Of a stretch of 37,785 nucleotides of DNA, positions 1 to 9,202 are shown piece by piece; position 1 is the first letter of the stretch, and the number at the start of each line of letters is the position of its first letter. This DNA is from Synechococcus sp. (GTDB lineage Bacteria > Cyanobacteriota > Cyanobacteriia > Thermostichales > PCC-7336). Under the pieces are notes generated by a model that had not been told where the DNA came from, did no database searches, and saw only the letters and a list, made by a program, of their open reading frames with translations. Both the position numbers and the translations under genes were made by a program. The stretch is from assembly GCA_051439425.1 (NCBI GenBank), contig JBFRWD010000175.1:1-37785 (forward strand), written 5' to 3'.

Positions 1-2
1 GG

Positions 3-224
3 GTACCCGCTGGCTTTGCCCACGGTTTTTTGGTGCTATCTGACACGGCTGAAGTGCTCTACAAAACCACCGACTATTACGCTCCCCAGCACGAAAGAGC
101 CATTCTATGGAACGACCCCAAATTGGACATTGAGTGGCCGGTGCCAGAAGGTATCACCCCTGTCCTATCAACTAAAGATGCTGCGGCTAGCTCATTGGCG
201 GATGCTGAGGTGTTTGAATCGTGA
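3..224 (+). CDS. rfbC: dTDP-4-dehydrorhamnose 3,5-epimerase, 3' part (5' end lies outside the window)
   Basis: The frame is open from position 3 and reads VPAGFAHGFLVLSDTAEVLYKTTDYYAP...ILWNDPKLDIEWP...LSTKD, the typical RmlC C-terminus. Its stop overlaps the rfbD start (GTGA). Confidence 0.95.
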   Translation, partial: VPAGFAHGFLVLSDTAEVLYKTTDYYAPQHERAILWNDPKLDIEWPVPEGITPVLSTKDAAASSLADAEVFES

Positions 225-1123
225 ACATTTTGCTATTGGGGGCTGACGGTCAAGTAGGGCAGGAACTAACCCAGACACTTGCCCCCCTTGGGACTGTTGC
301 AGCCTGGGGCCGACAGCACTTAGATCTATCGCAGCTAGACACCATACAGCCAGCAATCAGCCTAAACACACCCGACGTGATTGTGAATGCCGCTGCTTAT
401 ACAGCGGTTGACCGCGCAGAAAGCGAGCCCGATCTAGCCCACACAATCAATGGCAAAGCTGTGGGCGAAATGGCCAAAGTCGCAACAGTTCTGGGGGCAA
501 CGCTAATTCACATTTCCACCGACTACGTATTTGCTGGAGATGCCAGTACCCCATACCAACCCACCTCCGAACCCAAACCGCTAGGAGAGTACGGTCGCTC
601 CAAATTAGCGGGAGAAGAAGCTGTCAAAACCTATTGCGATCGCCACTGCATTGTAAGGACAGCGTGGGTATACGGAGCTAAAGGAACAGGCAATTTTGTC
701 AAAACCATGCTGCGACTGGGGAAAGAGCGCTCGGAATTACGCGTCGTTGCCGATCAAGTGGGCAGCCCTACCTGGTCGCTGGATTTGGCACAAGCAATCG
801 CCAGCAGCATCCCTGCTCTGCATACATCTCCCGATCGTGCTGCGTCTCCAGATCAGATCGGCACCTACGGCACTTACCACTACACCAATAGCGGTGTAGC
901 CAGTTGGTACGATTTTGCAGTGGCGATCTTCGAAGAAGCTGCCCAATTCACCGATTTAGCGGTTGAACGGGTGATTCCCATTACTACAGCAGACTATCCC
1001 ACACCAGCACACCGCCCCCACTACTCAGTTCTGGATACCAGCACGATGTCTCAACTGCTCGGCTATCAGCCGCCCCATTGGCGTCAACGTTTGCGCTCGA
1101 TGCTCGCAGAACTGCTGACCTAG
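221..1123 (+). CDS. rfbD: dTDP-4-dehydrorhamnose reductase
   Basis: Motifs GADGQVG, NAAAYTAVD, HISTDYVF, YGRSK and DQVGSPT; lies among the other rml genes. Confidence 0.95.
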   Translation: MNILLLGADGQVGQELTQTLAPLGTVAAWGRQHLDLSQLDTIQPAISLNTPDVIVNAAAYTAVDRAESEPDLAHTINGKAVGEMAKVATVLGATLIHISTDYVFAGDASTPYQPTSEPKPLGEYGRSKLAGEEAVKTYCDRHCIVRTAWVYGAKGTGNFVKTMLRLGKERSELRVVADQVGSPTWSLDLAQAIASSIPALHTSPDRAASPDQIGTYGTYHYTNSGVASWYDFAVAIFEEAAQFTDLAVERVIPITTADYPTPAHRPHYSVLDTSTMSQLLGYQPPHWRQRLRSMLAELLT

Positions 1124-1131
1124 GCAGTAAT

Positions 1132-1238
1132 GTTTTGTCAGGCTTGCTAAGTGGGGATGCCATCAAACAGCACAATTCATTGCAGCCAGCCTGGTGGCGA
1201 ACAAAGCCCCCATCACGTTTCCGCTAACACGGTACTAG
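1132..1238 (+). repeat. Dispersed ~105-bp structured intergenic repeat, copy A
   Basis: TTTGTCAGGCTTGCTA...GGGGATG...TTGCAGCCAGCCTGGTGGCG...CCCCCATCAC...GGTACTAG aligns by eye with 21026-21126 (+) and 25039-25144 (-). It contains an internal CAGGCTTGC / GC(A/C)AGCCTG inverted repeat. Confidence 0.85.
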
Positions 1239-1306
1239 AGCGCCTGCCAGCGAAATCACCATAAGCCAAATCATCTCTGAGTTAACCCTGGTTAAGACAT
1301 CCGTTT

Positions 1307-2380
1307 ATGAAAGCACTGATTTTATCTGGAGGAAAAGGGACTCGTCTGCGCCCGCTGACCCATACCGGAGCCAAACAACTGGTTCCGGTCGCGAATAAAC
1401 CAATTCTTTGGTACGGCATCGAAGGTTTAGTGGCAGCCGGTGTCACGGATATTGGCATCATCGTCAATCCCGAAACCGGAGATGAAATTCGCGAAAAAAC
1501 CGGGGATGGCGATCGGTTTGGAGCAACCATTACCTACATTCGCCAAGACAGCCCCGATGGGTTGGCCCATGCCGTCAAGGTGGCTCAACCCTTTCTACAA
1601 GATTCTCCATTTGTCATGTACCTGGGAGACAACCTGATTCAGGACAACCTGGATGGATTTTTAGGTCAATTTCGCGAGCAATCGCTCGATAGCTTGATTT
1701 TGCTAAAACAAGTGCCCAACCCGACTGCATTTGGTGTGGCCGATGTAGATGCAGGTGGAAAAGTACGCCGTCTGGTGGAAAAACCCAAACACCCCCCCTC
1801 GGATCTGGCGTTGGTCGGACTGTACTTCTTCGACCCCATTGTGCATGACGCGATCGCCAAGATTCAGCCATCTCCCCGTGGAGAACTGGAAATTACAGAC
1901 GCCATCCAACAATTAATTTCGGATGGATGCGCTGTGGAAGCTCGCCAATTACAGGGATGGTGGCTGGATACCGGCAAAAAGGACGATCTCCTCGAAGCCA
2001 ATCGCGTCATTTTGGACACTCAACTTCAAGAAAAGATTGTCGGAATCATTGAGGGGGACAGTCAGGTCACCGGTCGAGTGCAAGTTGGCCCCGACTCGGT
2101 GCTCAAAAACTGTACGGTGCGTGGCCCAGCCATCATTGGCAGCAGGTGTCACTTGGAAAATTGCTTTATTGGCCCCTACAGCAGCATTGGAGATGGGGTA
2201 ACGCTGATCGATGCAGACATCGAACACAGCGTCATTCTGGAACAAGCCAGAGTCGAGGGTATCGACCAGCGAATTGTAGATAGCTTGATCGGCGAACGAT
2301 CGCATCTCAAACTAGCCCCCCAACGACCCAAAGCATTGCGGTTCTCATTGGGGAAAGACTCGTTGATAGAGCTGGTGTGA
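1307..2380 (+). CDS. rfbA: Glucose-1-phosphate thymidylyltransferase, long form with C-terminal left-handed beta-helix
   Basis: Motifs GGKGTRLRPLT, KQLVPVANKP, LGDN, VEKP, RGELEITD and WWLDTG, followed by a hexapeptide-like C-terminus; rml context. Confidence 0.92.
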   Translation: MKALILSGGKGTRLRPLTHTGAKQLVPVANKPILWYGIEGLVAAGVTDIGIIVNPETGDEIREKTGDGDRFGATITYIRQDSPDGLAHAVKVAQPFLQDSPFVMYLGDNLIQDNLDGFLGQFREQSLDSLILLKQVPNPTAFGVADVDAGGKVRRLVEKPKHPPSDLALVGLYFFDPIVHDAIAKIQPSPRGELEITDAIQQLISDGCAVEARQLQGWWLDTGKKDDLLEANRVILDTQLQEKIVGIIEGDSQVTGRVQVGPDSVLKNCTVRGPAIIGSRCHLENCFIGPYSSIGDGVTLIDADIEHSVILEQARVEGIDQRIVDSLIGERSHLKLAPQRPKALRFSLGKDSLIELV

Positions 2381-2452
2381 ACGAGGGCTGCTCAGCCTCG
2401 CGGTGCAGAGACGCGGTGCAATGTTTGTGTGTGTAGAGGAAACAGTGAAACC

Positions 2453-3541
2453 ATGACCGTTCAACAGCCAGAAACCGATCGAGAAGAGATATCTCCAGCC
2501 TCCGAGCGCAACCCGCGCAATATTCTCATTACCGGGGGGGCGGGGTTTATCGGATCGAACTTCGTTCGGTATTGGTGCAATCGCTATCCAGACGATCGCG
2601 TCGTCGTGCTGGATGCCCTAACCTATGCCGGCAACCTGGATAATATCCGCGAGCTCAAGATCGACTTTGTGCAAGGAGATATTTGCGAACGAGCATTGGT
2701 GGAATGGGTATTAGCGGACGGGGAAATCGATACGGTCGCCCACTTTGCTGCCGAGTCTCACGTCGATCGCTCAATTGTCGGCCCCGATGATTTCATCCAG
2801 ACCAACCTGGTCGGCACCTTCACGCTACTAGAAGCCTATCGCCAGTACTGGACAAGAAGAGATCGACCCACCCGCGATCGCTTCTTGCACGTCTCGACGG
2901 ACGAAGTATACGGCAGCCTGGGGCCAACGGACCCAGCCTTTAGCGAAGCCACCCCCTACGCCCCCAACAGCCCCTATTCCGCCTCCAAAGCGGGTAGCGA
3001 TCACCTCGTGCGCTCCTACTTCCATACCTACGGGATGCCCACCCTGATTACCAATTGCTCGAACAACTACGGCCCCTACCATTACCCCGAAAAGCTGATC
3101 CCGTTGATGTGCCTGAATATCCTGTTGGGTAAACCACTACCGATATACGGTGATGGCCAAAATGTGCGCGATTGGCTCTACGTCGAGGATCATTGTCAGG
3201 CACTCGACGTTGTCTTGCACTCAGCAGCCCCCGGAGAAACCTTCAACATCGGTGGGAGCAACGAGGTAAAAAACATCGATTTAGTCCACACCCTATGCGA
3301 TTTGATGGATCGATTCGCTCCCGACCTACCGGTTCGTCCGGCCAAAGACTTAATTACGTTTGTCACCGATCGCCCGGGGCATGACCGGCGCTACGCGATC
3401 GACGCCACCAAAATCGAGACCAAGCTGGGCTGGCAACCATCCGTCACCCTAGAGCAAGGCTTGGAAAAAACCGTGCGCTGGTATCTCGATAACCGCGACT
3501 GGTGGGAAGCTTGCTTAAACCGCTCCCCAAGTGAAAGCTGA
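2453..3541 (+). CDS. rfbB: dTDP-glucose 4,6-dehydratase
   Basis: Motifs [42 protein letters not shown] and [10 protein letters not shown]. Start moved from the ORF-track 2429 to the ATG at 2453. Confidence 0.95.
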   Translation: MTVQQPETDREEISPASERNPRNILITGGAGFIGSNFVRYWCNRYPDDRVVVLDALTYAGNLDNIRELKIDFVQGDICERALVEWVLADGEIDTVAHFAAESHVDRSIVGPDDFIQTNLVGTFTLLEAYRQYWTRRDRPTRDRFLHVSTDEVYGSLGPTDPAFSEATPYAPNSPYSASKAGSDHLVRSYFHTYGMPTLITNCSNNYGPYHYPEKLIPLMCLNILLGKPLPIYGDGQNVRDWLYVEDHCQALDVVLHSAAPGETFNIGGSNEVKNIDLVHTLCDLMDRFAPDLPVRPAKDLITFVTDRPGHDRRYAIDATKIETKLGWQPSVTLEQGLEKTVRWYLDNRDWWEACLNRSPSES

Positions 3542-3574
3542 GTTTGCAGCCCTCAGAGTAGGCGTAGCCAAACA

Positions 3575-5482
3575 CTAGTTATCGGGATCGAAAGTTGTGA
3601 CGTAAAGGCGATAGCGGGGGCCGACCCCGGCTTCAGCCATATTGCCAATGTAAACAGAATAGGCTCCCGTCTTGGGAAACGGCCCCTCAATGAACGGATC
3701 GAACCCGGAGTGGCACAGCGGATTTCCATCGGGTTCGATGATGATGATGGATGTATCTGCCGTGCTGTTCACACCAATCGCCAAATAATCCATGGGTTGG
3801 CTGATATTGACGTAGTGATCGGGGGTGTTGTCTACAAATCCGATACACTTGCCCGTATCGCTATTGGTCACCCCCGTAGCCTCCGTCGCATTTCGAACGC
3901 CCCCCACTGCCCCAGTTGCAAACGTGGGATCGGGGGAGAACCCCGCAAAAACATCGACATCGCAATAATCACTGCCACAGGTGGTCAAGCTAGCCGAGTA
4001 CTCGGGTGCAGTGGGGCCACCAGACAAAGCCAAATTCGGGGGAGATGTAGGGCTGTTGCCCGGTGGAGAAAATGTCGGTTGTGGAGTGTTGGTTAAATTC
4101 GATCCGGGATCGCTGATAGGTTCATCATCATCGCTGCCAACCGTCAAACCAATTCCGACGAGTACCACAGCCAACAGGCCAATCAAGGCTAGCGGAGCGC
4201 CAATGCAGCCCAAGAGCCAAGGAAACCCCGAGCCCTTTTCCTGGGAAGTTGGAATCGGAACGGCGGAAACATTGCTACTAGCAGCAGGGGCCGACGGTAC
4301 TGAAGGCTGGCCAATCGGTTGCCCGGAGGGAACAGACTGTGGGTTCGGCACTGATGGATTGGAGACAGATGCTTGGCCAGGCGCAGAAGGCTGATTGACA
4401 GCATATGCTTGGCCCGGGTTGTAGGGTTGACCGGGATTGTAAGACTGGCCGGGAACGTAGCCACCAGAGGTAGGTTGGACCGGAGCACTCGGAGTCGGTG
4501 AAAGAGGCGATCTCCCAGAAGAGTAGGTCGTTTCAGCAATTGCCGGGTTCCCCGTCGCTGGATGGTTGGGAGACGAATCGGACAGCGTTGTAGGAGCAAT
4601 GCCTGGTTGACTGACGTTAATGGTAGGGGTAGGTCGGGTGGTTTGCCCGGGCTGGGTTTGATTCATTGCCTGCAGCGCAGCCAGCATTTCATCGGCAGAC
4701 GAATAGCGATCGTTGGCGAACGGCTGAATGGCGCGATCGAGGATCTCTGCAAACCGAGGGCTGATATTGAGCGGGGTACCCGGACTTTTCCATTCCAGCA
4801 ACCCGCTACCCGGATGCGTGGGCAGCGACTGCGGCCCCTTAGCCGTCAGTGCGTAAATCGCCGTCATTCCCAGACTAAAAATGTCACTGGAGAACACCGG
4901 TCGCCCCAGCCCCTGTTCGGTAGACATGAAGCCTAACGTTCCGATGGAAATAGTACGGGATGCAGTTGTGGGATCGTTTACCGCTCCCACCTGCCCCAAT
5001 CGCTCTTTGACTGCGCCAAAGTCGATCAGCACAGGCATACCATCGCTAGCCCGCAGAATAATGTTGTCCGGCTTGATATCCCGATGAATCACCCCTTCCT
5101 GATGGATATAGGAAAGGATGGGCAACGTCTGGCACAGCAACCGATAGACATCCATCTCGCTGAGGGCTCCCCCTGTGGCAATGCGGGTCGCCAATGTCTC
5201 TCCCTCGACATACTCCTGCACGAGATAGAACTTGCCATTATCGGCAAAGTAGGCAAATAGTTGGGGAATTTGGGGATGCTGCTGACCGAGCTTATCCAGA
5301 ATGGCCGCTTCTTGTTCGAAGCGCTTCAAGACTTCTTCAAAGTCAATTTCCTGAAGGGGTTTAAGTTCCTTAACCACGCACTGGGGTTTGGAGGGCAGCT
5401 GAGTATCCTCGCCAAGAAAGGTTTTACCAAACCCTCCTTCTCCGAGTGCTCGAATAATTTGGTAGCGGTTGCTCAGCAGCAT
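3575..5482 (-). CDS. Hanks-type (Pkn2-like) transmembrane Ser/Thr protein kinase with Pro/Ser/Gln-rich linker and Cys-containing C-terminal (probably extracytoplasmic) domain
   Basis: Motifs LGEGGFG, VVK, HRDIKPDN, DFG, GTLGFMSTEQ (STE in place of APE) and SDIFSLG. One TM segment (WLLGCIGAPLALIGLLAVVLVGIGLTV). The C-terminal GFSPDP...CIGFVDNTPD domain resembles PPC-like beta-sandwich domains. Confidence 0.93.
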   Translation of the reverse strand: MLLSNRYQIIRALGEGGFGKTFLGEDTQLPSKPQCVVKELKPLQEIDFEEVLKRFEQEAAILDKLGQQHPQIPQLFAYFADNGKFYLVQEYVEGETLATRIATGGALSEMDVYRLLCQTLPILSYIHQEGVIHRDIKPDNIILRASDGMPVLIDFGAVKERLGQVGAVNDPTTASRTISIGTLGFMSTEQGLGRPVFSSDIFSLGMTAIYALTAKGPQSLPTHPGSGLLEWKSPGTPLNISPRFAEILDRAIQPFANDRYSSADEMLAALQAMNQTQPGQTTRPTPTINVSQPGIAPTTLSDSSPNHPATGNPAIAETTYSSGRSPLSPTPSAPVQPTSGGYVPGQSYNPGQPYNPGQAYAVNQPSAPGQASVSNPSVPNPQSVPSGQPIGQPSVPSAPAASSNVSAVPIPTSQEKGSGFPWLLGCIGAPLALIGLLAVVLVGIGLTVGSDDDEPISDPGSNLTNTPQPTFSPPGNSPTSPPNLALSGGPTAPEYSASLTTCGSDYCDVDVFAGFSPDPTFATGAVGGVRNATEATGVTNSDTGKCIGFVDNTPDHYVNISQPMDYLAIGVNSTADTSIIIIEPDGNPLCHSGFDPFIEGPFPKTGAYSVYIGNMAEAGVGPRYRLYVTTFDPDN

Positions 5483-5788
5483 CGATCGCCCCGATAAACA
5501 GTAAAACGGTCAGACAACTCATCAGTAGGCCCTGTGGCCCCAGCAGGAGAGTTCTTAATGCGCTAGTGGCCATCGCTGAGAGCGCCCTGGCAACGCCAGA
5601 CACCAATACACCAGCCAGATGGTCCGTAGAATCCCTGAAAGTTTAGCCACCCTAGTATAGATTTCTACTATTTGCAGGTCTATGTGTCATAGCACCTAGT
5701 TTTGCGTCACATCCCCCTGACAATCTCCTCAACGGTGGCCTGCCATTGACCCGATGTAAATCGCAGGAAGGCTCAAACAGCGATCGGG

Positions 5789-6151
5789 TCATAGCCAGCG
5801 CCCACCTCGAAACCGCCAGCGCGGAAACATCACCCGCATCAAACTCTGAGACGTGACAAACACTGACAACCACACCAAGCTGTAGTGCCACCAACTGAAT
5901 GCCACTCCAAACACCCCCCACAAGACAATGCCTTCCCACAACCCAGCTGTTAACTGAAGAGCGGCTGGCCAGTCGCGATCCCAACGTAACTTTTGGATGA
6001 TGTTATAGAGCACATCCCACACCATTCCCAAAATGAGCGCACAGAGCAAAACGAAGAGGCCAGTCGCTCCAAACGGGAACGACACAATCGCCCCCACCGA
6101 ACCGAATAACAAGATGCGGGTTTGAATGCGACCCAGCAATGTCGGGGTCAT
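5789..6151 (-). CDS. Small multi-pass membrane protein of unknown function
   Basis: 120 aa with 3-4 hydrophobic segments; AGGAGG SD before the ATG. Trp-rich motifs MTPTLLGRIQTR, RWDRDWP and FPRWRFRGG look like a conserved family. Starts 49 bp after the FHA-oxidoreductase stop. Confidence 0.8.
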   Translation of the reverse strand: MTPTLLGRIQTRILLFGSVGAIVSFPFGATGLFVLLCALILGMVWDVLYNIIQKLRWDRDWPAALQLTAGLWEGIVLWGVFGVAFSWWHYSLVWLSVFVTSQSLMRVMFPRWRFRGGRWL

Positions 6152-6200
6152 GAGTCCTCCTGCATGTCCAAGCGTATTCCCTCAAACTGGGGTAGACAGA

Positions 6201-8144
6201 TTAGTTCGGGGCTTGATTGGTCGCCCACTTCATCCACTGGTTGAACGATGCCCAACCGTCCAGCCGCCGTAAACCGGGCGCATCAGCTTTCACCATGTCG
6301 TCCAGCACCCATTGGGATGAATATTGCAAGCCCAGAAAACTATCCACAGCAGCGTAGGGGCCACCAAAGGAGATGGCTCCAATCGCATACATTCGCCCTT
6401 GACGCTGCCGCATCGCTTGAATTTCGAAGCTGTTATTCACTGCCAATCGGCGGCGCGGATTGAGGGGCAATTGATAGTGGCTGACTAAATCTTCCAGCAT
6501 CGGGTTGTACTTCACCTCGGCGTCCAGACCCGTGGCATCCACAATGAAGTCTGCATTGACATCCTGATCTCCAGAATTGCCAGTCACTTTCGTCAGGGTG
6601 CCACCACTGGGGTTCGGAACCACAGCAGAAACATTACCGAACTGTATGGTGTACCACCCCTCGCGCAAACTGCGATCGACAATCTCTCGCCAATCCCGGC
6701 GATCGGCGGTTGTTGTCCCCCCCCAAGACTTAATCAGCTCGTCCCGCTTCAGATCGTTAGCCTTCTCCAGCACCTCTCGCAAATCGCCTCCCCAGCAGGC
6801 TTTCGGCCAGTTAAATGGTTGAAATTCGAAGTGGTTGGACACCGTGCGTTTGGCAAACTTGAACCGGTTCCCTTGGGTTTTGGGCGATCGCATCAAATGC
6901 AGAACACGAATATCTCCTCGCCCTGTTTGTTGGCGAATTTCCGTAATTCGCTGAATAATCCGCGACGCTACAATGCCCCGGCCCCGCAATAGGATTGTGC
7001 CTCCCTGTTGGGCTAGCTGCTGGTAGACATGATTGTGATCTTCGTAGGCATTCACGACCGTGCGGAAGTCGTCGTACTGCTCTCGATAGGCTTGCAAGTC
7101 AGGCAGAAACTGAATTTTGGGATATCCTGTCGCCACTAAGACATAGCGGGCAATCATAAAGGCCGGATCGCGCTTCTCATCCGATTGGGCGTAAGAAATG
7201 GCGTAACGACCGTCCGTCGTCTGACGAATGGCCTTAACCCGTCCGTAGCGCCAGATGCGATCCCAACCAATGCGACGGGCTTCGCGATCGATCGAGTCAA
7301 ACACCCGGCCGGCCCTTGGGGTATAAGTTTCCGACAGCGTCGGCTCTGAAAACACCTGCCACAAATATCGCAGCGCCGTCCCGGCACTACCTCGCGTCAA
7401 ATCATGCCACGATTCCCGCAGCGCATATCCCGGCCACCCCCAAATATTATCCGGACAGGAATCCGAGTTAGAGCGCAATCGTTCGTGTAGGGGAATTTGA
7501 GAGTTGAGACACAGGCGCTTGTAGTTGGCATAAGGGGCCGGTTCCCGCATCCCCAGGGCTGCAATCTGCTCGGTTCTCGCCCCAAAAATCCGCAGATAGT
7601 CCGCCCAAATATAACTCCCCAACCCTCCCCCAACCGTTGCAAAGTCAACTTCAGTCATAGGTAAACGACTGGATTGAATATCGCGGGGATCGATTTGCCG
7701 TTCATTTAAAATTTCGCGCGAGGTACGCACCCGCCGAATAATCGTATTCTCCGAGGCCGGTGCCCCTGCCGGAACGTTCTCTAATACTGGGCTGGCACCT
7801 GGCGATTGCAGAGCATAGCCGATCGCAACAGTGACAGACCCCATCTGCAGTTGTCCACCGTGGGGCACCATATCCGACTGCAGCCGCCTGCCATTCAGAA
7901 ACGTACCGTTGCGACTATTTTGGTCTGTAGCCACCAACCGATCGCCCTGCCAATCCAATAGCAAGTGAAACCGAGAAATATCGCTATCGTTTAACTCAAT
8001 TTGCCGAGCTGCGACCCCATTAATTGTGGTGGGCATCGCGATCGCCACACGCCCAAACACAATCGGAGCTGTTGCTGTTTCTTGACGCGCCCCTCCCGTA
8101 GCCGGGTCTATCCAACTTACGGTAATGACTGTTGATTGAGTCAT
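6201..8144 (-). CDS. FHA domain fused to an FAD/NAD(P)H-dependent oxidoreductase (class B flavin monooxygenase-like)
   Basis: FHA motifs: FGR...ISRFH...SRNGTFLNG. Oxidoreductase motifs: ATVGGGLGS (FAD Rossmann), VLVATGYP, LLRGRGIVA (second dinucleotide motif), ADFIVDATG and GRMYAIG. Confidence 0.85.
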   Translation of the reverse strand: MTQSTVITVSWIDPATGGARQETATAPIVFGRVAIAMPTTINGVAARQIELNDSDISRFHLLLDWQGDRLVATDQNSRNGTFLNGRRLQSDMVPHGGQLQMGSVTVAIGYALQSPGASPVLENVPAGAPASENTIIRRVRTSREILNERQIDPRDIQSSRLPMTEVDFATVGGGLGSYIWADYLRIFGARTEQIAALGMREPAPYANYKRLCLNSQIPLHERLRSNSDSCPDNIWGWPGYALRESWHDLTRGSAGTALRYLWQVFSEPTLSETYTPRAGRVFDSIDREARRIGWDRIWRYGRVKAIRQTTDGRYAISYAQSDEKRDPAFMIARYVLVATGYPKIQFLPDLQAYREQYDDFRTVVNAYEDHNHVYQQLAQQGGTILLRGRGIVASRIIQRITEIRQQTGRGDIRVLHLMRSPKTQGNRFKFAKRTVSNHFEFQPFNWPKACWGGDLREVLEKANDLKRDELIKSWGGTTTADRRDWREIVDRSLREGWYTIQFGNVSAVVPNPSGGTLTKVTGNSGDQDVNADFIVDATGLDAEVKYNPMLEDLVSHYQLPLNPRRRLAVNNSFEIQAMRQRQGRMYAIGAISFGGPYAAVDSFLGLQYSSQWVLDDMVKADAPGLRRLDGWASFNQWMKWATNQAPN

Positions 8145-8197
8145 CGATCCACTCAGCTAAGGGTTGGTTGGGAGGTGGAGATAGGTTGGGGATTGGT

Positions 8198-8286
8198 TCT
8201 TGGTCTTCGGTCCTTGGTCTTTCGTCCTTGGATAGAAGCCTATGTACATTTCTTGCTAATGACTAATGACCAGTGACAATGACTAG
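8198..8286. repeat. Heptameric short tandem repeats (STRR-like)
   Basis: TC(C/T)TTGG-type units at 8198-8231 and AATGAC(T)-type units at 8257-8286, between the two FHA genes. Confidence 0.75.
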
Positions 8287-8323
8287 CCAACACCCTCCAA
8301 GGAATACCCGCTACCCCAATCCC

Positions 8324-9202
8324 CTACTTCGCCACAAACGTACTGGTAATTAAATATCCGTCGTACTTACAAATCCAGCCCAATTCCTTGGCCTCAGCCA
8401 GAGTGTACTTGTGTCCTTTGGGGCAGGAAAATAGCTGATCTTTGACGCGATCGAAAACAGAGCCAGCAGGAGGGGCAGGAGGAGTGGAGGGCTGAGGTGC
8501 TGATGCTGCTTTGGGCTGGACGGGAGTAGACGCTGGAGGGACTGTTGGTTCCGGAGGCACAGACTGCGACGCCGCATGAACAACAACAGGAGTCGCTTGA
8601 GGTTGTGGAGGGATAGGGTCGATGGTTGGGTCTAGTTCGGAAGATTCACCCACTTCAGCAGAGTCATCCAAGAACATGGCTGCATCTGGATCGATCGTGG
8701 AGTCATCAGTGGTATTGGCTAGCCCCGCGTCAGCAGATCGATCTGTGCCAGAAGCAGCAGGTGGTTTGGCCGCATGGAAATCCGAACGATCGCGCAGGAT
8801 CGTCACTTGCTGTTGAGGGGGAGCTTGTCGAGGACGCTGAATAATAATCGTTTCTGGAACAGCGACAATGTCTTGTACCACCAGTTCCACTTCACCCAGC
8901 TCAACGGTGCATCCTTGCGTCAGTTTGATAGAGTCAGTGACTGGCTCTCCCTTGATGTAAGGGGGGTTATTGGCCTTCAGATTGGTTAGATAAAACCCAA
9001 ATCGGTCGGCATCAAACGAAATTTCGACGTGGCAACGAGACACCGTGCGATCGCGCTCTGTCGCAGAGGGCAAAACCACATCACACTGTTCTGGATCGCG
9101 GCCGATGCGAAATACTCCAGGTTCAATCGTTTCGTCGCCCACCTCCAACGTGCGCGTCACCCGCTCCCCATTCTCCAGCCAGGCCAATGTAATGTGATGC
9201 AT
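8324..9202 (-). CDS. FHA domain protein with acidic Pro-rich linker and C-terminal C-x3-H...C-x2-D zinc-ribbon-like motif
   Basis: FHA motifs IGRDPEQCD...VSRCH...NNPP; C-terminus CPKGH-x13-CKYDG. The ATG at 9202 follows an AAGGAGA SD and is preferred to the ORF-track start at 9301. Confidence 0.85.
   Translation of the reverse strand: MHHITLAWLENGERVTRTLEVGDETIEPGVFRIGRDPEQCDVVLPSATERDRTVSRCHVEISFDADRFGFYLTNLKANNPPYIKGEPVTDSIKLTQGCTVELGEVELVVQDIVAVPETIIIQRPRQAPPQQQVTILRDRSDFHAAKPPAASGTDRSADAGLANTTDDSTIDPDAAMFLDDSAEVGESSELDPTIDPIPPQPQATPVVVHAASQSVPPEPTVPPASTPVQPKAASAPQPSTPPAPPAGSVFDRVKDQLFSCPKGHKYTLAEAKELGWICKYDGYLITSTFVAK

Noticed and set aside
5650..5730. Possible fourth copy of the dispersed repeat (CTAGTA...CATCCCC)
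   Set aside because: Only two short words match and the CAGGCTTG arms are absent.
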